Assembly: GCA_900545815.1 (NCBI GenBank)
Contig: URAM01000003.1
Span: forward strand, 64,082-128,081
Source: an uncultured Eubacteriales bacterium
GTDB taxonomy: Bacteria; Bacillota; Clostridia; Oscillospirales; Oscillospiraceae
Reading direction: 5' to 3'
DNA: 64,000 nt
The notes under the pieces were generated by a model. The model had not been told where the DNA came from. It saw nothing but the letters and a program-made list of their open reading frames with translations, and made no database searches. The position numbers and the translations under genes are program-made. Of the stretch, positions 17,821-26,454 are shown piece after piece. Each line of letters begins with the position of its first letter. Position 1 is the first letter of the stretch.

Positions 17821-19035
17821 ATGGACGCACCTCTGAAAGGAATTAAAGTGCTGGAACTGGGCACTCATGTAGCGGTTCCCTCTGCCTGCCGGCTGATGGC
17901 AGAGTATGGCGCGGACGTGATCAAGATTGAGACTGCCGGTGGCGACCCCTGGCGTTACTCTGGGTTGAACGTCAACCTGACCATTGATGATTTCTCCTGC
18001 CCCGTCTTTACCATCCAGAACAACGGCAAGCGCCTGATCAGCCTGGATCTGAAAACCGAAGGCGGCAGAGCAGTGTTTATGAAGCTGCTGGAGAACACCG
18101 ATGTGTTCTGCACCAGCGTGCGCATGAAGGGTCTGGCCAAGATGGGGCTGGACTACGACACCCTGAAAAAAAAGTTCCCCAAGCTCATCTACTTCCACTT
18201 CACCGGCTACGGTCACCGCGGCCCCGACGCCGAAGCCCCCGGCTTCGACATCGCCTCCTTCTGGTCTCGGGTCGGCGCCCGTGTGGGTTGGGTGGAGGAA
18301 GGTACCTTCCCCGTCCGTGCCTCCGGCGGCTATGGCGACATGGTCACCGGTCTGCTCATCTTCGCTGGTATGGTCACCGCCCTGCGGGGTCGTGACGTCA
18401 CCGGCAAGGGCACCCTGGTCACCAACTCTCTCTTTGGCACCAGTATGTGGGTCAACGCACAGTCCATCATGTGCGCACAGCCCCCTTACAACCACCACTT
18501 CCCCGAGGACGTAGACCGTCCCGGCAGCCCCATGGTCTATGACTATGTGTGCAAGGACGGCGAATGGCTGGCGTTGGTGGGCATCGGCTATGAGAAGAAC
18601 TTCTCCCGCTACTGCAAAGCCCTGGGCATGGAAGAAGAAATCGACGACCCCCGCTGTCAGAATGAAAAAACCCTGGCGGACAGCGACTACATCTATGACC
18701 TGACCATGAAGGTGCGTGCCAAGATGAAGGAAAAGACCTCTTACGAATGGGAGGACATCTTCCGCAAGGCCGACCTGGTCTACTCCCGCCTGAACCACTT
18801 TGAGGACGTGCCCAAGGACGAACAAGCCTGGGCCAACGACTACCTCCAGGAAGTCACCTGGGGCAATGGCGTCACCAACGCCGTCGTTCGTCCTCCCCTC
18901 CACTTCAAGAGCTACGAACAGCGTGAGACTGTCTCCCTGGGCGGCATCGGCCAGCACACCGATGAAGTCCTGAAGGAATACGGCTTCACCCAGGAAATCA
19001 TTGACACCATGCGTACCAACAAAGAGATCATCTGA
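17821..19035 (+). CDS. Family III CoA-transferase (CaiB/BaiF/Frc family)
   Basis: Family-III N-terminal motif LKGIKVLELGTHVAVPSACRLMAEYGADVIKIE. AAAGGAGAA SD. Confidence 0.85.
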   Translation: MDAPLKGIKVLELGTHVAVPSACRLMAEYGADVIKIETAGGDPWRYSGLNVNLTIDDFSCPVFTIQNNGKRLISLDLKTEGGRAVFMKLLENTDVFCTSVRMKGLAKMGLDYDTLKKKFPKLIYFHFTGYGHRGPDAEAPGFDIASFWSRVGARVGWVEEGTFPVRASGGYGDMVTGLLIFAGMVTALRGRDVTGKGTLVTNSLFGTSMWVNAQSIMCAQPPYNHHFPEDVDRPGSPMVYDYVCKDGEWLALVGIGYEKNFSRYCKALGMEEEIDDPRCQNEKTLADSDYIYDLTMKVRAKMKEKTSYEWEDIFRKADLVYSRLNHFEDVPKDEQAWANDYLQEVTWGNGVTNAVVRPPLHFKSYEQRETVSLGGIGQHTDEVLKEYGFTQEIIDTMRTNKEII

Positions 19036-19103
19036 TCGCATCCCTCTCTGGTGAATTGGATTGTTTTATCTTTTCCATTTTCACCCGCCTATCATTCATG
19101 GGG

Positions 19104-19150
19104 ACACCCCTCCGCCGCACCCGACGGAGGGGTGTTTCTCCCTTTTCCTC
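19104..19150 (+). terminator. Rho-independent terminator after CoA-transferase
   Basis: Stem ACACCCCTCCG / CGGAGGGGTGT, then a T-rich tail. Confidence 0.7.
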
Positions 19151-19286
19151 AGACTGGGGGAAAATTTCCCTGTACAAACTCCGGCGAATCGTTATAATAG
19201 AGTTACTATCCTTCTCTCCACGCTTTCTAACTGTGCTGGAACAGAAGATACCATTCTATTATATCAAGGTAAGGAACGTGAACGCT

Positions 19287-20678
19287 ATGGAACAAGGAAC
19301 CGCCAAGCTGGATATGCTCCACGGCTCTATTTGGGACAAACTCCTCCGGTTTGCCCTGCCAGTCGCCGCCACAGCGGCGTTAGGGCAGCTGTTTAATGCT
19401 GCGGACGTAGCCGTAGTGGGCAACTTTGCCAGCGGCAGCCGCACCGCCGCCGTAGCCGCCGTAGGCGCCAACGGGCCGATTATCAACCTGATCTTGGGGC
19501 TTTTCATCGGCATCGCTCTGGGCGCCACCGTAGTCATCGCCAACGCCATTGGCAACAACGACAGAAAAAGCGCACAAAACGCCGTTCACACCTCCATGGT
19601 CATGGCGGTGATAGGAGGGGTCATCGTAGCCATCATCGGCGAGCTGATCGCCGGCAGCCTGCTGAACCTGCTTCAGGTGCCAGAGGACGTCTACCCCCTC
19701 TCCCTGCTCTACCTGCGCATCTATTTCTTGGGTATGCCCGCCATCTTGCTCTACAACTTTGAAGCCGCTATCTTCCGCAGCATCGGCGAGACTAAGGTAC
19801 CGCTCATCGCCCTGGCCGCCTCCGGTGTCCTGAATGTGCTGCTGAACCTGCTGTTCGTCATTGGGTTCCATATGACTGTCAATGGCGTAGCCATCGCCAC
19901 GGTGCTATCTAATGTAGTCAGCTCCATCCTTTTATACCGGAAACTGCGGAAAAGCGACCAGTACATCCATGTGGAACCGCAGCTGCTGACCATTCACTGG
20001 GGCAGCTTCCGCCAGATCATGCGCATTGGCTTGCCCGCCGGCATCCAGAGCGCAGTCTTTGCCATCTCCAACATCGTCATCCAGTCCGCCATCAACAGCT
20101 TGGGCACCATCGTCATGGCCGCTTCCAGCGCTGCGCTGAACATCGAGATTATCGCCTATTACGTCATGAACTCCTTCAGCCAGGCTTGCGCCACCTTTGT
20201 GGGACAGAATTATGGTGCAGGGCAGGTCAAGCGCTGCCGAAAAATTCTCGGCCTGTGCATCTTAGAGGATGCCATTGCCACTGCGTCCGCCATTTTTATC
20301 ATTCTCTTTGCCGGAAAATTCGTTCTGGCGCTGTTCAACCCAGACCCCCAGGTCATCGACATCGGCTATTCTCGACTGCTCATCGTCTTTACTGCCTACG
20401 TCTTTAGTATGCTCTACGAGGTTATGTCTGGCTACCTTCGCGGATTTGGCATTTCCTTGGCGCCCGCCTTGCTGGTCATCTTCGGCGTTTGCGGAATACG
20501 CATCCTCTGGATTTCCTTCGTGTTCCCCGTCAAGCGCACCTTTTCCACCATCCTGTACGTCTATCCGATTAGTCTAGCCACAACCGCCTTGCTCATCGGC
20601 ATCGCTCTGTTGGTTTTCCGACCGTCCAAACGGCTGGCAGGACAGGCACAGAACGCCGATTCCGCCTCAGCAACTTGA
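19287..20678 (+). CDS. MATE-family efflux transporter
   Basis: Start MEQGTAKLDML. CGTTATAAT -10 element ~90 nt upstream. 12 TM helices with MATE-like repeat. Confidence 0.75.
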   Translation: MEQGTAKLDMLHGSIWDKLLRFALPVAATAALGQLFNAADVAVVGNFASGSRTAAVAAVGANGPIINLILGLFIGIALGATVVIANAIGNNDRKSAQNAVHTSMVMAVIGGVIVAIIGELIAGSLLNLLQVPEDVYPLSLLYLRIYFLGMPAILLYNFEAAIFRSIGETKVPLIALAASGVLNVLLNLLFVIGFHMTVNGVAIATVLSNVVSSILLYRKLRKSDQYIHVEPQLLTIHWGSFRQIMRIGLPAGIQSAVFAISNIVIQSAINSLGTIVMAASSAALNIEIIAYYVMNSFSQACATFVGQNYGAGQVKRCRKILGLCILEDAIATASAIFIILFAGKFVLALFNPDPQVIDIGYSRLLIVFTAYVFSMLYEVMSGYLRGFGISLAPALLVIFGVCGIRILWISFVFPVKRTFSTILYVYPISLATTALLIGIALLVFRPSKRLAGQAQNADSASAT

Positions 20679-20714
20679 CAGAAGGGCAAAATCCCCCCCA
20701 AATCCGCCCAAACA

Positions 20715-20757
20715 CCCAAAAAACAGGCACAAGTACCCAACTTGTGCCTGTTTTTTA
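20715..20757. terminator. Bidirectional terminator between MATE (+) and LysR (-)
   Basis: A-tract, stem ACAGGCACAAGT / ACTTGTGCCTGT, then TTTTTT. Confidence 0.8.
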
Positions 20758-20849
20758 TGCAAGGACGCCTGAAAATCCGATTGTTTTTTTCGATAGATTG
20801 ATTGGTTTTGTCTATCTGTTCCAATTTCGATGCCGAAATTTGTGCAATT

Positions 20850-21731
20850 TCACAGTGTCCCTCCGTTGAGTACAAACTGCCGGAATTTCTGCACCGCCGG
20901 CGGCTGATAGGCTCGGTCATCACTGACCAGGTAGAAGCTGCGCTCCCACAACGGATGGGCGATCTGGATGATCTTCACATCCAACCGCAGCAGCATATCC
21001 ATATAGGGTACCACGGCGATACCAAATCCGGCAGCAACCAAACCGGCCACCACCTGATCTTCCTCCGTCTCGTAGGCGATGACGGGTTTGCCGTCAATTT
21101 TAGAGAACAATTCCTCCACCACGCCCCGCATTCCGGAGCCTTCTGAGAAGTAGACCTGGGGATAAGGCAGGGTTTCCGTCAGATCCACCGAGTGGTTCTT
21201 TGCCAAAGGATGGTTTTTGGGCACGATGAGCACCAGATCCTGCTGCTCTACTGCAATGGCAGTTAAGCCCATTTCCACTGGCGGTTTGGATGAAAAAACC
21301 AAATCAACCTTTTTCTCTGCCAGTTCATCCAAAAGATGGCTGGTCACACCGGTGTGAAAGGCGAATCGAATGTCCTTTCCCGGGTTCTCTGCCAGGAATC
21401 GAGCTGCCAATTTGGGCACATAATCTACCCCCAACGTCCGCAGCAATCCCAGCCGGATCAGCCCCTCCCCACGGCTGACCCGCTGGAGGGATTCCACCCC
21501 CTCATCCAAAATGGACAGGGTTTCCTGGGCACAGGCTAGGAACTGTTCTCCATACTGGGTCAGGGAGATACTCCGCCCGTTCTTCTCAAACAGCGGCACC
21601 CCCAGTTCCCCCTCCAGCTGGGAGATGGCGTGGCTGAGGCTGGGCTGAGTGATGCATAGCCGCTCGGCAGTGCGGGTGTAATGCTGGACGTGAGCCAGCT
21701 CTACGAAGTAACGCAGGTGTGATAAATTCAC
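20850..21731 (-). CDS. LysR-family transcriptional regulator
   Basis: N-terminal HTH MNLSHLRYFVELAHVQHYTRTAERLCITQPSLSHAISQLE. Divergent from the hydroaromatic operon. Confidence 0.85.
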   Translation of the reverse strand: MNLSHLRYFVELAHVQHYTRTAERLCITQPSLSHAISQLEGELGVPLFEKNGRSISLTQYGEQFLACAQETLSILDEGVESLQRVSRGEGLIRLGLLRTLGVDYVPKLAARFLAENPGKDIRFAFHTGVTSHLLDELAEKKVDLVFSSKPPVEMGLTAIAVEQQDLVLIVPKNHPLAKNHSVDLTETLPYPQVYFSEGSGMRGVVEELFSKIDGKPVIAYETEEDQVVAGLVAAGFGIAVVPYMDMLLRLDVKIIQIAHPLWERSFYLVSDDRAYQPPAVQKFRQFVLNGGTL

Positions 21732-21772
21732 GCAAAATACGCCCCCTTTCTTTGGTATGATTATACTATAAC

Positions 21773-21791
21773 TGATAGAAAAAAACTATCA
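21773..21791. promoter_or_regulatory. Candidate LysR-type binding site (T-N11-A palindrome)
   Basis: TGATAG-AAAAAAA-CTATCA, a perfect inverted repeat in the divergent intergenic region. Confidence 0.45.
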
Positions 21792-21950
21792 TTTTATCAA
21801 ATTTTATTGATTTGTTATTTTCCTCACAATGGGGTACAGTAGGGTCAGCCGAGGGCGGCAGCCGCCAGGCAAGCAGCACGGACGCCTGTACCGCCGCCCC
21901 AACCAATACGAAAAAATGCCGCCGCTGGACGGCAAGAGGAGGAAACGCAT

Positions 21951-22817
21951 ATGCAGCTGTCAGGAACCACCACCCTGCTGGGACTGATTGGATCGCCGGT
22001 CGCACACTCCAAGTCCCCTGCCATGTATAACTACTGTTTTCGGAAGTTCCATATGGACTGCGCCTATCTGGCCTTTGATGTGGCCGCCGATCAGGTGGAG
22101 CAGTCCGTAAAAGCCATCCGCACCCTGCATATGCGGGGCGCCAACGTGACGATGCCCTTTAAGACCACGGTCGTCCCTTACTTAGATCGCCTGACCCCGG
22201 CGGCAGAGACCATTCAGGCCGTGAACACCATCGTCAATGAGGACGGCGTCTTGGTGGGATACAACACCGACGGCTGCGGCTACACCCAGAACCTCCGCCG
22301 GAACGGCATCGAAGTGGCCGGCAAGAAGATCACCTTGATCGGCTGTGGCGGCGTTGGTTCCTCCATCGCCGTACAGGTGGCGCTGGAAGGTGCGGCGGAG
22401 CTGGCCATCTTCAATCGGAAGGATAAGTTCTGGCCCAGCATTGAAGAACGGATGGAGGCCATCCACAAGGTCGCCCCCAACTGTGTCCTCTCCCTCCACG
22501 ACCTGGCCGACCAGGACGCCCTGCATGAGGCAGTGGATCACTGCGACATCCTCTCCAACGCCAACATGGTGGGGATGCCCCCCATGGAGGACATGAGCAA
22601 CATCAAAGACCCCAGCTGGTTCCGGCCTGATCTGATCGTCACCGATGTGGTCTACTCCCCCACCGAAACGAAAATGCTCCGAGAAGCCAAAGCCGCTGGC
22701 TGCAAGACCTGCGGCGGGCTGGGGATGCTGCTGTGCCAGGGTGCGGAAGCGTTCCGGCTGTACAGCAAGGATCTGGAGATGCCCATTGATGAGATTCAAG
22801 CACTGCTTTACGATTAA
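21951..22817 (+). CDS. Shikimate/quinate 5-dehydrogenase family (AroE-like) paralogue 1
   Basis: LIGSPVAHSKSPAMYN...NVTMPFK...NTDG...GCGGVGSSIA motifs. Confidence 0.8.
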   Translation: MQLSGTTTLLGLIGSPVAHSKSPAMYNYCFRKFHMDCAYLAFDVAADQVEQSVKAIRTLHMRGANVTMPFKTTVVPYLDRLTPAAETIQAVNTIVNEDGVLVGYNTDGCGYTQNLRRNGIEVAGKKITLIGCGGVGSSIAVQVALEGAAELAIFNRKDKFWPSIEERMEAIHKVAPNCVLSLHDLADQDALHEAVDHCDILSNANMVGMPPMEDMSNIKDPSWFRPDLIVTDVVYSPTETKMLREAKAAGCKTCGGLGMLLCQGAEAFRLYSKDLEMPIDEIQALLYD

Positions 22818-22850
22818 CCACCAACGAAAGAGAGAAAGGATGAACAAGAC

Positions 22851-24077
22851 ATGACAAAGACAGATTCCAGAAGATACTATCCCACTGCCTTAGCCCTGTA
22901 CATCACCTACTTTGTCCTGGGCATCGCAGCAACCATCATGGGGCAGTACAAGCAGGACTTCGCCGCCCTGTGGGGCGCCAGCAAGCTGGCAGACGGCAGC
23001 TTTGACGTATCCAGCGTCGTGGCCGTCATCGCCGCCATCGGCCTGGGCCGTCTGGTGGCCTTCCCCATCGCAGGTCCTCTGTCCGACCGTCTCGGCCGCC
23101 GCCTGTCCGCTCTGATCGGCTGCGTCCTCTACGCCATCTTCCTGCTGGCCATCACTTTTGCACCGAATATGTATATCGGTTACGTCCTGGCCGTCATCAG
23201 CGGTATGGCAAACTCCTTCCTGGACACTAGCATCACCCCCTCCTGCATGGAGATCTTCAAGGAAAAGGGCACCATCGCCAACATCTTCACCAAGCTGGCC
23301 ATCTCCATCGCACAGTTCCTGCTCCCCTTTGCCATCGGCTTTGTGGCCGCACGGAACCTGCCCTTCCACACCATCTTCATCGCCACTGCGATCATCATCA
23401 TCGTAGACGGCATCTTCCTCTGCTTCCTGCCCTTCCCGCCTTTTGAACGAGTGGTCAAGAGCGCCGACAAGCCCAAGGAAAAGATGCACTTCACCGCCCC
23501 CGCTATCATCCTGATCTGCCTGGGCTTCACCACCTCCACCACCTTCATGCTGTGGATGAACTGCAACCAGGAGCTGGGCAAGCTGTACGGCTTACAGGAT
23601 CCTGCTATGATTCAGTCCTTCTACTCCGTGGGCATCGTCTGCGCCCTGTTCGTCAGCGCTGCACTGCTCAGCCGCAAGGTAGAACCGGCTAAGATCCTCA
23701 TCGTCTATCCCTGCATCGCCTTTATCACCCTGGGCGTCATCTACTTCGTACAGACCCCGTTCATCTGCCTGGCCGGCGGCTTCCTCCTGGGCTTCTTCGC
23801 AGCAGGCGGCGTGCTCCAGCTGGTCGCCGCAGTCGCCAACGAGATGTTCCCCAAGAACCGCGGCGTCATCACCTCCATCGTCATGATCGCCTCCAGCGTG
23901 GCCAACTACCTGGTCATCAGCGTGGCCGGCGTCCTGACCCGTGTGGGCGGCACCAACGGCCCCCGTCTGGTTCTGCTGTTCAATATGGCAGTCACCCTGG
24001 TGGGCATCCTGCTGGCTCTGTACCTGAACGTCTGCCAGAAGCGGGAGCGGGCAGCTGCTGAAAGAGCGGAGGCATAA
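22851..24077 (+). CDS. MFS transporter
   Basis: 12 TM helices with the MFS loop motif (GPLSDRLGRR). Confidence 0.75.
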   Translation: MTKTDSRRYYPTALALYITYFVLGIAATIMGQYKQDFAALWGASKLADGSFDVSSVVAVIAAIGLGRLVAFPIAGPLSDRLGRRLSALIGCVLYAIFLLAITFAPNMYIGYVLAVISGMANSFLDTSITPSCMEIFKEKGTIANIFTKLAISIAQFLLPFAIGFVAARNLPFHTIFIATAIIIIVDGIFLCFLPFPPFERVVKSADKPKEKMHFTAPAIILICLGFTTSTTFMLWMNCNQELGKLYGLQDPAMIQSFYSVGIVCALFVSAALLSRKVEPAKILIVYPCIAFITLGVIYFVQTPFICLAGGFLLGFFAAGGVLQLVAAVANEMFPKNRGVITSIVMIASSVANYLVISVAGVLTRVGGTNGPRLVLLFNMAVTLVGILLALYLNVCQKRERAAAERAEA

Positions 24078-24080
24078 CGG

Positions 24081-24596
24081 ATGAAAACAACGAACAACCT
24101 CTTTCTCATTGGCTTCATGGGTGCGGGCAAATCCTCTGTCTCCGCCGCCCTGGGACAGAAGCTCGGCCGTGCGGTCGTTGAAATGGATCAGTGCATCTCG
24201 GAAAACGAGGGCATGACCATCCCCGAAATTTTCGCCCAGAAGGGCGAGCCCTACTTCCGTACCTGTGAAACAGCCCTGCTCCAGGGCTGTGCCCAGGGGG
24301 AACCCCGTATCATCTCCTGCGGCGGCGGCGTGCCCATGCGGGAGGAAAACGTAGCGGCTATGAGAGCCTGCGGCACCATCGTCCTGCTCACCGCCCGTCC
24401 CGAAGTCATCCTGGAGCGAGTCAAGGACAGCGATGACCGCCCTCTGCTCCAGAACCGCAAAAGCGTAGAAGGCATCTCCGAACTGATGGAGCAGCGCCGA
24501 CCCAAATACGAGGCTGCGGCCGATGTGACCGTGGACACCTCGGACTTGAACATCGAAGAAGTCTGCGAAGCAGTATTGCAGCAGGTCAACCATTGA
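24081..24596 (+). CDS. aroK: Shikimate kinase-like P-loop kinase
   Basis: LIGFMGAGKSSV Walker A, 171 aa, shikimate-kinase length and motif layout. Confidence 0.75.
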   Translation: MKTTNNLFLIGFMGAGKSSVSAALGQKLGRAVVEMDQCISENEGMTIPEIFAQKGEPYFRTCETALLQGCAQGEPRIISCGGGVPMREENVAAMRACGTIVLLTARPEVILERVKDSDDRPLLQNRKSVEGISELMEQRRPKYEAAADVTVDTSDLNIEEVCEAVLQQVNH

Positions 24597-24620
24597 TAGA
24601 AACACAAGGAGGAAACTACT

Positions 24621-25466
24621 ATGTCTCAGAAATATCCCATCACCGTCAGCTCCTGGACCCTGGGCGATCAGTGCACCTTTGAAGAACGTGTTGCAGCAGC
24701 AAAGGCCGCCGGTTTTGAAGGCATCGGTCTCCGTGCGGAAACCTATGTGGACGCCCTGAACGAAGGTCTGTTCGATGCGGACATCCTGGCCATCCTGGAA
24801 AAGTACGATATGAAGGTCACCGAAGTGGAATACATCGTCCAGTGGGCAGATGACCACCGCTCCTACGAGCAGAAGTACAAGGAACAGATGTGCTTCCATA
24901 TGTGCCATCTGTTCGGCGTCAACCACATCAACTGCGGCCTGATGGAGAACTACTCTGTCGAACACACCGCTCAGAAGCTGCGTGAACTGTGCCACCGTGC
25001 AGGCAAGTACACCATCGGCGTGGAACCCATGCCCTACAGCGGTCTGCCCGATGTGAAGAAGGCTTGGGCTGTGGTCAAGGAATCCGGCTGCGACAACGCA
25101 AAGCTCATCCTGGACTCCTGGCACTGGATCCGTGCCAACCAGAGCTATGACCCCTCCGTTCTGGCTGACGTCCCCGCTGATAAGGTAGTCGCCGTCCAGA
25201 TCAACGATGTTCAGGCACACCCCTATGCCGCTCCCGTCCTCCGGGACGAGTCCATGCATGACCGCATGATGCCCGGCACCGGCCACGGCGACACCGCCGG
25301 CTTTGTGAAGATGATCCGCGAAAAGGGCATCGAACCCGCTGTCATGGGCGTGGAAGTCATCAGCGATGAGATCCTGAGCGCCGGCGTGGCAGAAGCCGCC
25401 AAGGCAAACTTCAACGCAACCCGCGCTGTTCTGGAACAGGCTTGGCCTGAAGTAGTGGAACAGTAA
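24621..25466 (+). CDS. Xylose-isomerase-like TIM-barrel (sugar-phosphate isomerase/epimerase) protein; 3-dehydroshikimate-dehydratase-like in this context
   Basis: ~280 aa with (beta/alpha)8 pattern and conserved His/Glu/Asp positions (HLFGVNHINCG...GVEPMP...DSWHW). AGGAGG SD. Confidence 0.55.
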   Translation: MSQKYPITVSSWTLGDQCTFEERVAAAKAAGFEGIGLRAETYVDALNEGLFDADILAILEKYDMKVTEVEYIVQWADDHRSYEQKYKEQMCFHMCHLFGVNHINCGLMENYSVEHTAQKLRELCHRAGKYTIGVEPMPYSGLPDVKKAWAVVKESGCDNAKLILDSWHWIRANQSYDPSVLADVPADKVVAVQINDVQAHPYAAPVLRDESMHDRMMPGTGHGDTAGFVKMIREKGIEPAVMGVEVISDEILSAGVAEAAKANFNATRAVLEQAWPEVVEQ

Positions 25467-25522
25467 GCGCCACACACCGAACCCTTAAATTTGATCTACG
25501 ACTTTTTTGGAGGTATTACAAT

Positions 25523-26398
25523 ATGGAAAGCAGAATCTCTGGACACACGAAGCTCTTTTGCCTGATCGGCTCCCCCGTTGGCCACTCCGGCTCCCCCGCT
25601 ATGTACAACTACACCTTCGAACGCCTGGGCATTGACGCCGCTTACCTGGCCTTTGACATTCCCCTGGAGCAGGTGGAAGCAGGCGTAGAAGCCCTCAAGA
25701 CCCTGGGCGTAGGCGGCTTCAACGTGACCATGCCGGACAAGACCGCTGTCTCCCACCTGGTGGACGAGCTGTCCCCCGCAGCCAAACTCATCGGCGCCTG
25801 CAACACCGTCACCGTGGACGAGAACGGCAAGCTGACCGGCCACAACACCGATGGTATGGGCTTCGTCCGCAACCTGCATGAGCATGGCGTGGAAGTCAAG
25901 GGCAAGAAACTGGTGGTCATGGGCGCAGGCGGCGCAGCAACCGCCATCTGTATGCAGACCGCTCTGGACGGCGCCGCTGAGATCGCCATCTTCAACCGTA
26001 CCGGCTATGACTTCTACTCCAACGGCGAACTGACCGTCCAGAAGCTGGCAGAAGCGGTGCCCAACTGCAAAGTCACCATCCAGCCCCTCCAGGACAAGGA
26101 AGCCCTGGCAGAAGCGGTCAACCATTGTGACATCCTGGTCAACGCCACCAAGGTGGGCATGAAGCCCCTGGAAGACCAGAGCCTCATCGACCCCTCCCTG
26201 TTCCGTCCTGACCTGGTGGTTGCCGACACCGTCTACAACCCCAGAGAGACCCGCATGATCCAGGAAGCCAAGGCAGCCGGCTGCAAGATCGCCGTAGGCG
26301 GCATCGGTATGCTGCTGTGGCAGGGTGTGGCAGCGTTCAAGCTGTACACCGGCAAGGATATGCCTGCGCAGGAAGTCCTGGAGAAGTTCTTCTCCTGA
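25523..26398 (+). CDS. Shikimate/quinate 5-dehydrogenase family (AroE-like) paralogue 2
   Basis: LIGSPVGHSGSPAMYN...NVTMPDK...NTDGMG...GAGGAATAI motifs. Confidence 0.8.
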   Translation: MESRISGHTKLFCLIGSPVGHSGSPAMYNYTFERLGIDAAYLAFDIPLEQVEAGVEALKTLGVGGFNVTMPDKTAVSHLVDELSPAAKLIGACNTVTVDENGKLTGHNTDGMGFVRNLHEHGVEVKGKKLVVMGAGGAATAICMQTALDGAAEIAIFNRTGYDFYSNGELTVQKLAEAVPNCKVTIQPLQDKEALAEAVNHCDILVNATKVGMKPLEDQSLIDPSLFRPDLVVADTVYNPRETRMIQEAKAAGCKIAVGGIGMLLWQGVAAFKLYTGKDMPAQEVLEKFFS

Positions 26399-26454
26399 GT
26401 TCCCGCCTGTAACGTCTGAAATTACCGAAGATACCAAAGAGGAGGAGTTAAGAT

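Noticed and set aside
23592-25475. 627-aa minus-strand ORF opposite aroK and the TIM-barrel gene (also 26422-28410, 4965-6539, 54807-56597, 17755-19041, 39567-40832, 44251-45306, 46069-47106, 52527-53825)
   Set aside because: All are long antisense frames of well-supported genes in GC-rich DNA. They show Ala/Gly/Asp/His-rich low complexity and have no ribosome-binding sites.
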